Below the pieces are notes generated by a model. It was not told the origin of the DNA. It made no database searches and saw only the letters and a program-made list of their open reading frames with translations. A stretch of DNA of 64,000 bases from Alphaproteobacteria bacterium (lineage in GTDB: Bacteria; Pseudomonadota; Alphaproteobacteria; JAAXGF01). The position numbers and the translations under genes are program-made. Position 1 is the first letter of the stretch. Each line of letters opens with the position of its first letter. The stretch is from positions 32,001 to 96,000 of the forward strand of contig CAUVXB020000002.1 in NCBI GenBank assembly GCA_963555825.3. Reading direction: 5' to 3'. Shown in pieces: positions 18,748 through 30,532 of this stretch.

Positions 18748-20538
18748 ATGTCTACCGCACAGAATGCCGTTACGGCCGAGCCCGGCAATGGTTCAGCCAC
18801 CATCCGCGCCCGGGTGGGCGACAGCGCCATCGACAAGGTGACACGGCTGTTTTCGGCCGGCCTTGCCGATATTTTCACCGAGACGCTGCAAAACTCACGC
18901 CGTGGCGGCGCCACGCGCGTTACCGCGACCATCGAGCAGGACGGAGATACTACCCGCGTTACTCTCATCGACGATGGCGCCGGGATCGCCGATCCTGCGG
19001 TCCTGCTGACCTTCGGCGAGAGCGGCTGGAAGGCCGGCATCGCCGAGGCGGAGGACCCCGCCGGGTTCGGGCTTCTCGCTCTCTCGCGCCGGGGCTGCAC
19101 CCTGCGCTGGCGCGTCCCCGGCGGGGACCCAAGCCCTGGCTGCCGCCTGGTGCTGGAGCCTGTTCACTTTCTCGGCCGCGATGCGGCCCATGTCGTCCCG
19201 GACGACAGCGCCCCCTGGCCGCATGGAACCGCGGTCACCTTCGAGGCGTCCGAGGCGCCCCACGCGGTCCGCGCGTTCCTTGAGACCGCCGCGCGGCATT
19301 ATCCCCTGCCGGTGACCATCGACGGCGCGACCGTCGAGCGCCGTGCTTTCCTCGACGGCGCGTTCCATGTGGAACCATGGAAGGGCCTCGTGTTCGGCGT
19401 CTTCAAGGACAGCCATGCGGGCTACCGCGTCCCCGACGTCAACTTCCACGGCCTGACCCTGCCGGTGCGCCTGCCCCAGGTCGACACGGTGGAAGGCGGC
19501 GTCTGGTCGGCGCGCGCCGACATCGACTCGTGCCCCGATCTGGAGCTGGTATTGCCGGCACGGAAGGAAGCGGTGGAGACTCCGTTTCTGGAAGATATGC
19601 GCGAGGCCGCGCGGCTTGCCGTCTACCGCACCATGGCGCAGGCCGATCCGGCTCCGCGGGTTGCCTGGACCGACTGGCACAGGGCGAAAGAGGCCGGGAT
19701 CGAGATGCCCGAGCCGCCCGCCGAACTGCGCCCCTGGCGTCCCGCCATCGCCGACACGGACTATTGGGACGAGCGGTCCGCCTTTACGGCGGTGGGTTCC
19801 TGCGCGCTGGTGATGCAGGCCGACCCCGAGCCGCCCGAGGCCCAGGCGCTCCATCGCGCCCTCGGCCTTGCCGGGCTCCAGGACGGATCGGAACGCACGC
19901 TCAAGCTGTTCGCCCCCGAGCCGCGTTTCGAGGGTTATCCCTGGTACGACGCGCTCGCGCGCGTCACCGGCATCGAGACCCTTGTTACCGTGGATGGCGC
20001 CGTTCGTTCGCTGGATTACTTCACCAACCGGGAGAACGGCGGCGAGCCGGAACGGCCCGAGACCATCGTGATGCACCTGAATGTCCTGCATCCGCCCAAG
20101 TCCCCGCGCCATTGCTTCCGCAAATGCGACACCATCGCCGTTCCCGCCGATCTCGCATTCGCGGGCGAGGCCTGGTCGTCGGTCCATGATGCGCTGCCCC
20201 TGGTGACGGCGGACAGCGATATCGCGCCCGAGGAACTCGCCCGATTGTTGCGCGCCGCATACTTCAGTCCCAGCGACGACGCGGAGGCGGACTCCTGGGA
20301 GACGCAACTCACCCGCTTCGAGGAAACCGCCCTGCATATGTCGCTCAAGCTCATGTGCTCGGTCGAGGAAGCCCGCCAGCGCACCATCGCCGATGCGGTA
20401 TGGCGGGAAATCTTCTGGCTCATGCCGCGCGACCGCACGGTCACCATCGTGGTGCGCGGCGGCAAGGTCAGCGTCGATATCGGACCCGTATGCACGGAAG
20501 CCGCAATCGATGCCGGTAATGTGGAGATGGTCCAATGA
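18748..20538 (+). CDS. GHKL (HSP90/MutL-like) ATPase-domain protein
   Basis: ETLQNSRR, DDGAGI, GESGW, AGFGL Bergerat-fold motifs; CAGGAG RBS. Confidence 0.8.
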   Translation: MSTAQNAVTAEPGNGSATIRARVGDSAIDKVTRLFSAGLADIFTETLQNSRRGGATRVTATIEQDGDTTRVTLIDDGAGIADPAVLLTFGESGWKAGIAEAEDPAGFGLLALSRRGCTLRWRVPGGDPSPGCRLVLEPVHFLGRDAAHVVPDDSAPWPHGTAVTFEASEAPHAVRAFLETAARHYPLPVTIDGATVERRAFLDGAFHVEPWKGLVFGVFKDSHAGYRVPDVNFHGLTLPVRLPQVDTVEGGVWSARADIDSCPDLELVLPARKEAVETPFLEDMREAARLAVYRTMAQADPAPRVAWTDWHRAKEAGIEMPEPPAELRPWRPAIADTDYWDERSAFTAVGSCALVMQADPEPPEAQALHRALGLAGLQDGSERTLKLFAPEPRFEGYPWYDALARVTGIETLVTVDGAVRSLDYFTNRENGGEPERPETIVMHLNVLHPPKSPRHCFRKCDTIAVPADLAFAGEAWSSVHDALPLVTADSDIAPEELARLLRAAYFSPSDDAEADSWETQLTRFEETALHMSLKLMCSVEEARQRTIADAVWREIFWLMPRDRTVTIVVRGGKVSVDIGPVCTEAAIDAGNVEMVQ

Positions 20539-21035
20539 CATATTTTACCGTCTGTTGCGGTTACGCATCCCACTACCACAACACTGTCCCGGTCGAAGCC
20601 GATACCCTCGACGCGGCGCTGGAAAAGGCCATCGAGCAAGCCGGCGACGATCCCCACTGGAAGTCCGTCGACCAAGCCAGTCAAACATTCGTCGAGGCCC
20701 TGGCCGAGGGCATGGATGCCGACCCCTGGGGCGACACCGCCATCCCCGTTCCCGACCGTTTCACTAAAAAAGGCGAGCCGCCCGTGGTCACGCTGACCGG
20801 CCTCCGCCCGCCCGGCGGCATCGAGGTCACGGGCGGCACCGTCCGCATTCGCATCATTGAACACGCCGGCACGGTCGCGACGGAGGTCACCGATCCGCCC
20901 GCCCCGCCGGGCAACAAACCTCTGGTCACGATCGGACGCAGAGCCGATCGCGCTCTGGATGTGGCCGCCGGCGGAGGCCGTGCACGCGTGCTCATTCTGG
21001 ATCCCGGCGACACCGGACCGCCGCCGGCCGGCTGA
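20535..21035 (+). CDS. Hypothetical protein
   Basis: ATGA overlap with the GHKL gene; GGAG RBS. Confidence 0.7.
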   Translation: MTYFTVCCGYASHYHNTVPVEADTLDAALEKAIEQAGDDPHWKSVDQASQTFVEALAEGMDADPWGDTAIPVPDRFTKKGEPPVVTLTGLRPPGGIEVTGGTVRIRIIEHAGTVATEVTDPPAPPGNKPLVTIGRRADRALDVAAGGGRARVLILDPGDTGPPPAG

Positions 21036-21166
21036 CCGCCGTCGGCATTCGTCCATCGCTATCCGCCTGCCTTGCGCCACTCCGGGCCGGGGGCCGTCTT
21101 TCGGCTCGGCGCGGACGGCCTTGGTGCGGCTGCATCCCGATCATCGATATTCGAGAGGACCATTCC

Positions 21167-21547
21167 ATGAAACTGCTCACTGAAGAACAGCGCACGAAGC
21201 TGCTTGCAAATGGGACCCGAAGGGGGGCCGACCACAAGCCCGTGGTCAAGTGGTTTAACCCATGCGGTGCGGGCACTTGGCTGCTGTCCGAACTCGATCC
21301 AGAATACCCGGATGAGTGTGCATTCGGCCTGGCTGATTTGGGCTTCGGCACACCCGAATTAGGGTCGATCGGCTTACTTGAATTGATCGAATACCGGGGG
21401 CCCTTCGGGCTCGGCATAGAGCGTGATATTCACTTTACCGCCAATTATTCCTTGTCAATTTACGCCGAGGCCGCGCGCGCCGCCGGGCATATCGTCGAAT
21501 CGGGACCCGAACTCGAAGCCGCTGCCCGCATCCTCGCCGGCATGTAG
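21167..21547 (+). CDS. DUF2958 family protein
   Basis: LLANG..PVVK.F.P.GA.TWLLSELDP...FGLADLGFG.PELG...L.IERD.HF. Confidence 0.85.
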   Translation: MKLLTEEQRTKLLANGTRRGADHKPVVKWFNPCGAGTWLLSELDPEYPDECAFGLADLGFGTPELGSIGLLELIEYRGPFGLGIERDIHFTANYSLSIYAEAARAAGHIVESGPELEAAARILAGM

Positions 21548-21816
21548 GCGGACGCCGCAGCTTCGGCAAAGCCGGCGAACCGGCCGCGACGGACGGGACC
21601 CGTAAGCGGCAGGGCGGCGTTCCACCGCCGGCAACCCTGAACGGCGGCGCCGCGACCGCTTCCCGGCCGCGCTCCACGAACCCTGCCCGGACATGTGCCA
21701 AGCCACAGGCCGGCGAGAGCCGGTGTCGAAGCCAGGGCCGGGGCAAAGGGCGGGCCGTCCGAGGGGGCCGTCCGCGCCGCAACTCATCCACCCCACCTGC
21801 CAGCCTGGAGCATGCC

Positions 21817-22843
21817 ATGACCGAGCCCGATACCATCTCCGCCGACTACTCGCTGCGCCCGAGCGAACTCGCCAGCACCCTGGCGCTGCTGGTCGAAGCC
21901 CGCCAACCGGTGGTGGTCTGGGGTGCCCCAGGGTGCGCCAAGAGTCAGATCGCCCAACAGGTCGCGGCGCAAGCCGGCCGCGAGTATGTCGATGTCCGCG
22001 CCCTGCTGTTGGATCCGGTCGATCTGCGCGGCATCCCGTGGCGCGACGGCGCCGACCGCACCCGCTGGGCGCCGCCTGCCTTCCTGCCGCCGTCCGACGC
22101 GGACGGAAGCTGGCTGATCAACCTGGAGGAACTGCCCTCGGCCCTGCCGATGGTGCAGGCGGCCCTGTACCAGCTCGTGCTCGACCGCAAATGCGGCGAG
22201 TACGAACTCCCCGAGGGCGCCGCGCTGATCGCCTGCGGCAACCGTGAGGGCGACCGCGGCGTCGTCCACCGCATGCCGGCGCCGCTCGCCTCGCGCTTCG
22301 TCCATCTGGAGATCCGGGTCGATGCGACGGACTGGTGCGCCTGGGGTGCAGCAAATGGAATCGCTCCGGAGGTGCTTTTTTTCGTGTCGATGCGGCCCGA
22401 GTTGTTGCATGCCTTCAACCCCCAATCGACGGAGAAGGCTTTCCCGTGTCCGAGGACATGGGAGATGGTCTCGAACATCGTGCACCGCCGGGGTGGCCTC
22501 GATCCGGTGGCCGAGCGGGCCCTGTTCCGGGGCACCGTCGGCGAGGCCGCGGCGGTCGAGTTCTCGGCCTTCCTGCAAGGTCTGGCACGAACTGCCCCAT
22601 CCCCGCACCGTCATCGACGATCCCGAGGGCGCCGTGGTCCCCGGCAACGCCAGTGCGCTGATCGCGCTCTGCGGCTCGCTCTACAGGATGGCCGACGACA
22701 TCAATCTCGGCGCCATCGTCACCTACGCCACAAGGCTCCGGCGCGAGGTCGGCGAGTTCCTCGTCGGCTCCTGCATCCGCCGCGAGCCCGCGCTCCAGCA
22801 CACCCAGGCCTTCATCCAGTGGGCCGCCGCCAAAACCCGCTGA
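21817..22843 (+). CDS. MoxR/CobS-like AAA+ ATPase (1-bp frameshift near 22576)
   Basis: Walker A GAPGCAKS, DPVDLRGIP, Walker B LINLEEL, ACGNR, PLASRF, FPCPRTWE; continues as KVWHELP... in ORF 22244-22843. Confidence 0.85.
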
Positions 22844-22866
22844 CACTACATCAGGAGACCAATGCC

Positions 22867-23763
22867 ATGAACCTCACCCATGACGCCATGCTCGTCAGCC
22901 TGCGGATCAACAGCTGGTCCGGCAGGCTCTACGACCGCCAGGCCAGCCAACAGGTCGCCATCCATAACGATGCCGACACCAACGCCGGGCGCTACAACAA
23001 ACGCCTCCTGCCCAAGCAGGCCTTCGCCGCGCTGGCCGCGACCATGAGCAATGCGAGGACCAGTCACAATGCCAACACCTTGCCCTGGGACGACCAGGGC
23101 GGCCGCCTGCTCACCGTCGCCAACTACGAGCGCTACACCGCGGCGCTGGACACATTGGTCGAGCGCGTGGTGCGCGAGCGCGCCCGCTTCATCGAGGACT
23201 ACGACGATTACGTCGACCAGGCCCGCCTCGACCTCGGCCGGCTGTTCCGCCTCGAGGACTATCCCGGCACGGAGGCGCTCCAGGGCAAGTTCGCCATTCG
23301 CTACCGCATCGTTCCGGTCCCCGACGCGCGCCACTTCATGGCCGATCTGGCCCAGGGCGAGACCGAGCGCGTCAAGCGGGATATCGAGCAACAGGTCCGG
23401 GCCCGTCTCAACGATGCGCAGCGCGATCTCTACCGGCGCCTGGGCGAGGCGGTCGAGCGTGTCGGCGAACGCTTGCGCGAGGACGAGAACGGCAAGCCCC
23501 TGGTGTTCCGCGACAGCCTGATCGAGAACATCAGGGAACTGGTGGACGTCGTGCCCCGGCTCAACATCTTCGCCGACGATGATCTGACCATGCTGTGCCG
23601 GGAGGTGAAGGATAAATTCGCCGGTATCGAGCCCAATGCCCTGCGCCCCTCGGGCCGCTTCGATCCCAACCTGCGCCGGCAGGTCAAGCGCGACGCCGAT
23701 GCGCTCAAGGCGCAATTCGCGGGCTACTTCGCGCCCGCCGCCGAGAACAGGGAAGCAGCATGA
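22867..23763 (+). CDS. Hypothetical helical protein, DUF3150-like, between the AAA and VWA genes
   Basis: CAGGAG RBS and ATG at 22867; MLVSLRINSWSGR...AGRYNKRLLP. The track's 648-aa fusion is a frameshift artefact. Confidence 0.7.
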   Translation: MNLTHDAMLVSLRINSWSGRLYDRQASQQVAIHNDADTNAGRYNKRLLPKQAFAALAATMSNARTSHNANTLPWDDQGGRLLTVANYERYTAALDTLVERVVRERARFIEDYDDYVDQARLDLGRLFRLEDYPGTEALQGKFAIRYRIVPVPDARHFMADLAQGETERVKRDIEQQVRARLNDAQRDLYRRLGEAVERVGERLREDENGKPLVFRDSLIENIRELVDVVPRLNIFADDDLTMLCREVKDKFAGIEPNALRPSGRFDPNLRRQVKRDADALKAQFAGYFAPAAENREAA

Positions 23764-25112
23764 TGGCCGCCCGCTCGGAATCCGCCCGGCGCGTCAGCGA
23801 CTGCGTGACCGCGCTGCTGCGCGACCAGCCCTTCTTCGGCAGCCTGGCGTTAAGGCTGCCGATACGTGCCGACGAAACCCGCGAGACCCTGGCCAGCGAT
23901 GGCAAGGACATTCGCTACGCGCCCCAATGGGTGGCGGACACCGATGCCGACCGGATCAAGGCCGCGCTGGCGCGCGTAGTCCTGGCCTGCGCGCTCAAAC
24001 ATCACACCCGGCGGGGCGGCCGCGACCCGGAACGCTGGCAACGGGCCTCGCAGCTGGTCACCCACGGCCTGCTGCGGGACGCGGGCTTCGTCCTGCCGCC
24101 AGAGGCCGAGGCCTGGGACGGCATCAGCGCCGAGCAAGCCTACGACCGGCTTCCGGAACCATCGGACGGCGGGGCGGACCAGAATAGCGCCACGCCGTCC
24201 GGGGACGGAGACGGCAATGCGCGCACGGACGACCCGCAACCCAGCGACGGTGGTGACGATCAGAACGCTCCGTCCGATCCAACCGATGACGGCAGTCCGC
24301 AAGAGCAGGACGAGCCGGGATCGGGCAGCAACAGCTCGGGCTCGAAACCATCCGGGCAGACGCCGGCCAGCCACGACCCTTGCGGCACCGGCGAGGTCAT
24401 GGACGCGGACGAGCGCCGCGACGACGCCACCGGCCAGTCCGGCGAATCGCCTCTGGACACGCCCGCCGAGGAGCAGGCGTGGGACGAGGCCATGCACCAG
24501 GCCGCGAGCCTCGCACGGGCGCAAGGCAACGCGCCAGGCGCGGTCGAGGAGACGATCCGGCAAGCGCACCGGAGCATCCTCGACTGGCGGTCGCTGTTGC
24601 GCCGCTACATGACCGATGCCGCGCGCCGCGATTATAGCTGGAGTGTCCCCAACCGCCGCTTCATCGACAGCGGCCTCTATCTGCCCTCGATGCATTCGGA
24701 GGGTATCGACGCCATCGCCATCATCATCGACACCTCCGCCTCGCTGCCGGGCGAAACGCTGGCCCTGTTCTGGGCCGAGGTCCGCGAGATCGCCGCCGAA
24801 CTGCAGCCGGACAGCATCTATGTCCTTCAGGTCGACGCGGTGCTGCAGGACGCGGCCGAGTATCCCGCCGGGGAACTGCCGGACAGCATCACGATCAAGG
24901 GCCGCGGCGGGACCGATTTCCGGCCTGGCTTCGCATGGCTCCATGAGCATGGGGTGCATCCAAACTGCTGCCTCTACCTGACCGACATGGAATGCGACAG
25001 CTACCCCGAGGCCGAGCCCGGATATCCTGTGATTTTTTGCAACTGGGGGCCCCCGCCGGGGACAAGGAACCGCGAGCCCTGGGGCGAGCGCATCGACATC
25101 GGACCAGCCTGA
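23760..25112 (+). CDS. DUF2201-like protein: degenerate metallopeptidase domain + acidic linker + VWA domain
   Basis: PFFGSLA, HHTRR..RDP..W, LDWR.LLRRY, YSW..PNRR, YLPS, MIDAS DTSAS, GRGGTDF, YLTD. Confidence 0.85.
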   Translation: MMAARSESARRVSDCVTALLRDQPFFGSLALRLPIRADETRETLASDGKDIRYAPQWVADTDADRIKAALARVVLACALKHHTRRGGRDPERWQRASQLVTHGLLRDAGFVLPPEAEAWDGISAEQAYDRLPEPSDGGADQNSATPSGDGDGNARTDDPQPSDGGDDQNAPSDPTDDGSPQEQDEPGSGSNSSGSKPSGQTPASHDPCGTGEVMDADERRDDATGQSGESPLDTPAEEQAWDEAMHQAASLARAQGNAPGAVEETIRQAHRSILDWRSLLRRYMTDAARRDYSWSVPNRRFIDSGLYLPSMHSEGIDAIAIIIDTSASLPGETLALFWAEVREIAAELQPDSIYVLQVDAVLQDAAEYPAGELPDSITIKGRGGTDFRPGFAWLHEHGVHPNCCLYLTDMECDSYPEAEPGYPVIFCNWGPPPGTRNREPWGERIDIGPA

Positions 25113-25303
25113 TACCGCGGGCCGCGCCCGCATAATCCTCCATATCCGTGCCCCCGCCCGCAAGGAGGCGGGTTGCGCTGAGGCCGGGTGAACCGGGGCC
25201 GGGAGAGCGAGGACACCGGCTTCCGGCATCACCCGGCCCTTCGCCGGAGCCGTAAGGCCTCGGCCACGGTTCCGGCCCGCCCTTTCCAATTGGGAGATCA
25301 TTC

Positions 25304-28300
25304 ATGCTCGACGCCCAACCGGCGGCGAACGCGCCCGCGCGTCCGCCCGCCTCCAGCCTCTTCACCCATCCCCAGCGATTGCCGATGCCCCGGGCGTCCG
25401 CTCCAAGCCTGCCGCGTTGCTGGCCGCCGCAACCGCTCTGCTTCCCGAGCTGGAGGCGGGCCGGGCGCTCGATGCAAAGACCCTGCGCGAGGCCATGAGC
25501 GCGGCCTTCGGCGCCAGCGACACGCAAGGCGCCTGGGTCTGGAAGGACGCCTACGAAGCGGCCGAAGCCGCGATGGTGCTGTTCATCCAGCGTTACGGCC
25601 GCCTCATGCGCCGCGAGGCCGGCGCCGGACCCGGATCCGCCGCCGCCATGCTCGCCATGCTGGAAACCCTGGCGGCCCTGGAGCCGTCCCAGACAAGGCG
25701 GTCGGAAGAACAGCTTGCCCTGCAACAGTTCTCCACCCCCTTGCCGCTCGCCTACGCCGCGCTGCAAGCCGCCGCCATCCGGCCCGGCGACATCGTGCTG
25801 GAGCCCTCGGCCGGCACCGGCATGCTCGCCGTCATGGCCGAATGCGCCCTCGGCAAGCGCACCGATGACGCGCGATCGGGGAATCCCCTGCACCTGAACG
25901 AGATCGCCGCCGTCCGCGCCGGGTTGCTTGCCGGATTGTTCGCACACGCGCCGGTCACCCGCCACAACGCGGAGTCCATCGCCGATTATCTGCCGGGCCT
26001 GCGTCCCACCGTGGTGTTGATGAACCCGCCGTTTTCGGCGAGCCCCGGGGTCCAGCGCATCCGCCATGACGCGGATTTGCGTCACCTCCGTTCCGCCTTC
26101 TCCATGCTTCCGGCGGGCGGGCGGCTGGTGGCGATCACGTCGGCCGGTTGCATCCCCGGCGATGCCGCCTGGAGCCGCGCCTTCGAACGGCTCGATCCAC
26201 CGCCGCGCACCGTCTTTTCCATCGCCATCGACGGGCGCGCCTACGCCCGGCGCGGCACGACCTTCGATACCCGGCTGACCGTAATCGATCGATCCCGCGA
26301 ACGCATCCGGACGTTCCGATCGACGCACGGGCATCCGTCCCCACCGCCGCCGGGTTGCTTGCAGCCATCGCCGCCAATGTGCCGCAACGGCAGGCGGTCG
26401 TGCCAATTGCCGCGGCACCTTGTTCCGGCCGGCGATCTGTTCGGCCATGCCGCCGCACGGCCGGCCCCGCGAAAGCGGGCGGTGGCCGCCGCGCCCCAGG
26501 CAAAACCTGCCGCGGCGCAGGTCCACGATTGGGGGCCGGTGGCCGAACTCGACTACGAGAACCGTCCGCCAACCCGAGCAAGGCACGGCAAGCGAACCGG
26601 AGGCCACCCATGCCGGGGTCTACGAGCCCTGGCGGGCCCGGACCGCGCGCATTCCCGGCGCCTGCGAACATCCAACACCGCTGGTGCAATCCGCCGCCAT
26701 GGCGGCGGTGCCCCATCCCGTGCCGTCCTACCGCCCGATGCTGCCCGTGCGTATCGTGACGGACGAACTGCTGTCCGACGCCCAGCTCGAAAGCGTCATC
26801 CTCGCCGGTCAGGCCCACGGCCGCCATCTTTCCGCGCTCTACCGCATCGGCGAGGGCTGGGAGACCGTCGCGCGTGTCGCCGACAATGAAGATGACAACG
26901 GCGATGACGGCGATAGCGTCCCGGAGATCGCCAATAAAGCAGATAAGGGAGAAGCCGGAAGCGCCGGTCTTGAACCCGCCACCGATGCCACCGGCGACGG
27001 CGAAGCCCTGTCCGCGCCGGTGCGTTTCCGGCGCGGCTGGATGCTGGGCGACGGCACCGGCTGCGGCAAGGGCCGCCAGGTCGCCGCCATCATCCTCGAC
27101 CACTGGCTGCGCGGCCGCCGCCGGGCGCTGTGGCTGTCCGCCTCCGACAAGCTGCTCGAGGACGCGCGCCGCGACTGGGCCGCGATCGGCGGCAGCGAGG
27201 CCGACATCATCCCATTGGGCAAGTTCCGCCAGGGGGCCGATATTCCTCAAGAGGCCGGGATCCTGTTCGCCACCTATGCAACCTTGCGCTCGCCCGCCCG
27301 CCAGGGAAAGCGCTCGCGCCTCGAACAGATCGTCGGCTGGCTCGCGGACGGGCATGGATGAAGGCTCCCGCCATGCCTATGGCGGCGTCATCGTGTTCGA
27401 CGAGGCGCACGCCATGGCCAACGCCGCCGGGTCCAAGGGATCGCGCGGCGATACGGCCCTCGCAGCAGGGCCGCGCCGGATTGCGTTTGCAGAACGCCTT
27501 GCCCGATGCCCGTATCCTCTATGTCTCCGCCACCGGGGCCACCACCGTGCCCGGCCTGGCCTATGCGCGGCGCCTCGGGCTGTGGGGCGGGGCGGATTCA
27601 GGCGGCGAGACGCCCTTCGAGCAACGCACCGACTTCGTCACCGCCATGGAGGCCGGCGGGGTCGCGGCGATGGAGGTGGTGGCCCGCGATCTGAAGGCCC
27701 TCGGGCTCTACCAGGCCCGTGCGCTCAGCTATGACGGGGTCGAGGTCGAGCCGCTCGAACATCCGCTCACGCCCGAACAGCGGCGCATCTACGACGCTTA
27801 TGCCGGGGCCTTCAAGGTGATCCACCGCAATATAGAAGACGCGCTCAAAGCCACCGGCATCATGGAGGGCGATGCCACCCTCAACAAGAATGCCAAGTCC
27901 GCCGCGCTGTCGGCTTTCGAGGGCGCCAAGCAGCGCTTCTTCGGCCATCTCCTGACCGCCATGAAATGCCCCTCGCTGATCCGGGCGATCGAGGCCGATC
28001 TCGAGGCCGGCCATGCCTGCGTCATCCAGCTGGTCTCCACCGGCGAGGCTTTGCTGGACCGGCGCATCGCCGATATCCCCGTCTCTGAATGGGACGACAT
28101 CTCCGTCGACCTGACGCCACGAGAAGCATGCCTGGAATATCTGGCGCACGCCTTCCCGGTGCAATTGCAGGAACCGTTCACCGACGACGAGGGCAACCTG
28201 ATGTCGCGGCCTGTGACCGACGCCGGGGGCAACCCGGTCTTGTGCCAGGAAGCCGTGGCCGCCCGCGATGCGTTGATCGAGAAGCTCGCGGCCTTGCCGC

Positions 28301-29918
28301 CGGTGCAGGCGGCGCTGGACCAGATCCTCCACCGCTTCGGCGGCGAGGCCGTCGCCGAGGTCACCGGACGCTCGCGCCGGGTCTTGCGCATCGCCGATTC
28401 ATCCGGCGAACGCCTGGCGCTGCGCAACCGCCCGGCCTCGGCCAACCTCGCCGAGACCGCCGCCTTCATGGCCGGCGATAAACGCATCCTCGTCTTCTCC
28501 ATGGCCGGCGGCACCGGGCGCAGCTATCACGCCGATCTCGGCTGCGGCAATACCGCGCGGCGTATCCATTACCTGCTGGAGCCGGGCTGGCGGGCCGACC
28601 AGGCGATCCAGGGACTGGGCCGCACCCATCGAACGCACCAGGCCTCGGCCCCCTTGTTCCGCCCGGTCACCACCGATGTGAAGGGCGAGCGGCGCTTCAT
28701 CGCCACCATCGCCCGGCGTCTCGACAGCCTCGGCGCCATCACCCGGGGACAGCGCGATTCGCAGACCGCCATGGGCGGCGGCGACGCCACCCTGTTCCGG
28801 GCCAGCGACAATCTGGAAAGCCCCTACGCCAAGGTGGCGCTGCGCCAGTTCTACATCGCGCTGTGGCGCGGCAACATTGCGGGCTGGTCCATGGACCGCT
28901 TCGAGGACGCCACCGGGCTGAAGCTGATCTGGGAAGGCTCGCTCAAGGAAGACCTGCCGCCGATGCCCCGGTTCCTCAACCGCCTGCTGGCCCTGCCCAT
29001 CGCCGAGCAGAACGAACTGTTCGCCGAGCTGGAAACCCGCATCGAGGCCAACATCGAACAGGCCATCGAGGCCGGGACCCACGAGCAGGGCGTCGAGACG
29101 ATCCGGGCCGACTCCCTCACCGTGGCCTCGCGCGAGACGGTTCACGTTCATGAAGCCTCGGGCGCCGCCACCGAGCTTGTCGAGATCGTCCGCCGCGACC
29201 GGCTCGTGCCGCTCCGGCCGACGATGCCCTCGCCTTGCGCGACGGGCGGCCCGTCATCAACACCCGCTCGAAGCGTGCCGCCGTGGTTCTGCCCGCGCCG
29301 TCGCGGATGTTCGAGGACGGCGGGGTCGAGGCCCGGGTCCGCCTGGTCCGTCCCGCCGCCCGCGAGCCCATGGCCGCGGAGGAACTTGCCGCCTCGAACT
29401 GGGAGGATGCCGGCGAAGATCGTTGGCGCGCGTTGTGGGATGCGGAGATCGAGGGGCTGCCCAGCCACACCGAATCCCGCCTGTGGCTGGTCACCGGCCT
29501 GCTGCTCCCCATATGGGACCGGCTGCCGGGCGAGAACATGCGGGTGCGCCGGCTTGCGACCGATGCCGGGGAAAGCCTGCTCGGCCGGGTTCTGACGCCC
29601 GAGCAGGCGCACGCCTTCCGCGACGCCTTCGGGCTGGCCGGCGGACCGCTCATGAGTTCGGCCGAGATGCACGAGGCGATCCTGACCCGCGGCGCGTCCT
29701 TCGATCTCGCCAACGGCTGGCGCCTCGCAAGGCGGCGCCTGATGGGCGCCGTGCGCGTCGAGATCGAGGGGCCGGCCGACGGCGACCTCGCGGCGCTCAA
29801 GCGCATGGGCTGCACCACCGAGATCGTCTCGTGGCGCACCCGTGTGTTCGTGCCCGAATACATCGACCTCGGCCGCATCCTCGAACGCTGGCCGCTCGCC
29901 AATACCAACCCGGCGTAA
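25304..29918 (+). CDS. Strawberry-notch family methyltransferase-helicase (several frameshifts)
   Basis: QQFSTP, LEPSAGTG, NPPF, LSDAQLE, GDGTGCGKG, FDEAH, YVSATG, AGGTGRSYHA, GWRADQAIQGLGRTHR, spread over ORFs 25417, 26420, 27130 and 29235. Confidence 0.88.
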
Positions 29919-30060
29919 ACCCGCACGCTCCCGCCCGGTATCCGGCGCGGGGCGTCCGAACCCTTGCTGCCGCCCGCTACGCGCGCTTCCGGGAAATTGC
30001 GCCTTTGCGCCGCCCGCAGGCACGCCAGTCCAACAGCCTGCCATATGGAAGGATATTGCC

Positions 30061-30318
30061 ATGACGTCTCATACGCTGCCCGACGATCCCGTCTATGCGT
30101 TTTGTCCCAGTTATGACCTCGACAACATGCCGCAGCAGATCCGAATCGTGTTCGCCGATATCCCGGGCTACGTCCCCACGGCGTTGGTTGCGCTCACACT
30201 CGATGACGCCCTGCGAATCTGCGATCGCCTGAACGCCCGGCTCGGACTCGACCGGGATGCCTGGTCCGCCATCGCCGGCCGGCCATGTCCGCCGCCCGCG
30301 ATGAAACCACCCATTGAA
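30061..30318 (+). CDS. Small hypothetical protein (probable frameshift near the 3' end)
   Basis: AAGGA RBS; MTSHTLPDDPVYAFCPSY...LRICDRLNARLGL. Confidence 0.5.
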
Positions 30319-30532
30319 CGTACCGTACCGGCCGGTTTACAGCCGGCAGCGTGCCCTCCGGCATGTTCGGGCTACAGGCAGGTGGGGCAAGCCATGTCGC
30401 GTGATCCTCCCACCCGAACGTTGCGGCACATGGAGGCCGAGGCCAGCACGGCAGGGGCGGTCCGGGCGGTGCACGGGAGGCAATTCTCCCGGCATCGCCG
30501 CCATTCTGTCATGCAATGCACGGAGGAACCCG

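Noticed and set aside
21817-23763. Apparent 648-aa AAA-DUF3150 fusion in the ORF track
   Set aside because: One extra base near 22576 shifts the frame. The true AAA tail ends at 22843 and the next gene has its own RBS and ATG at 22867.
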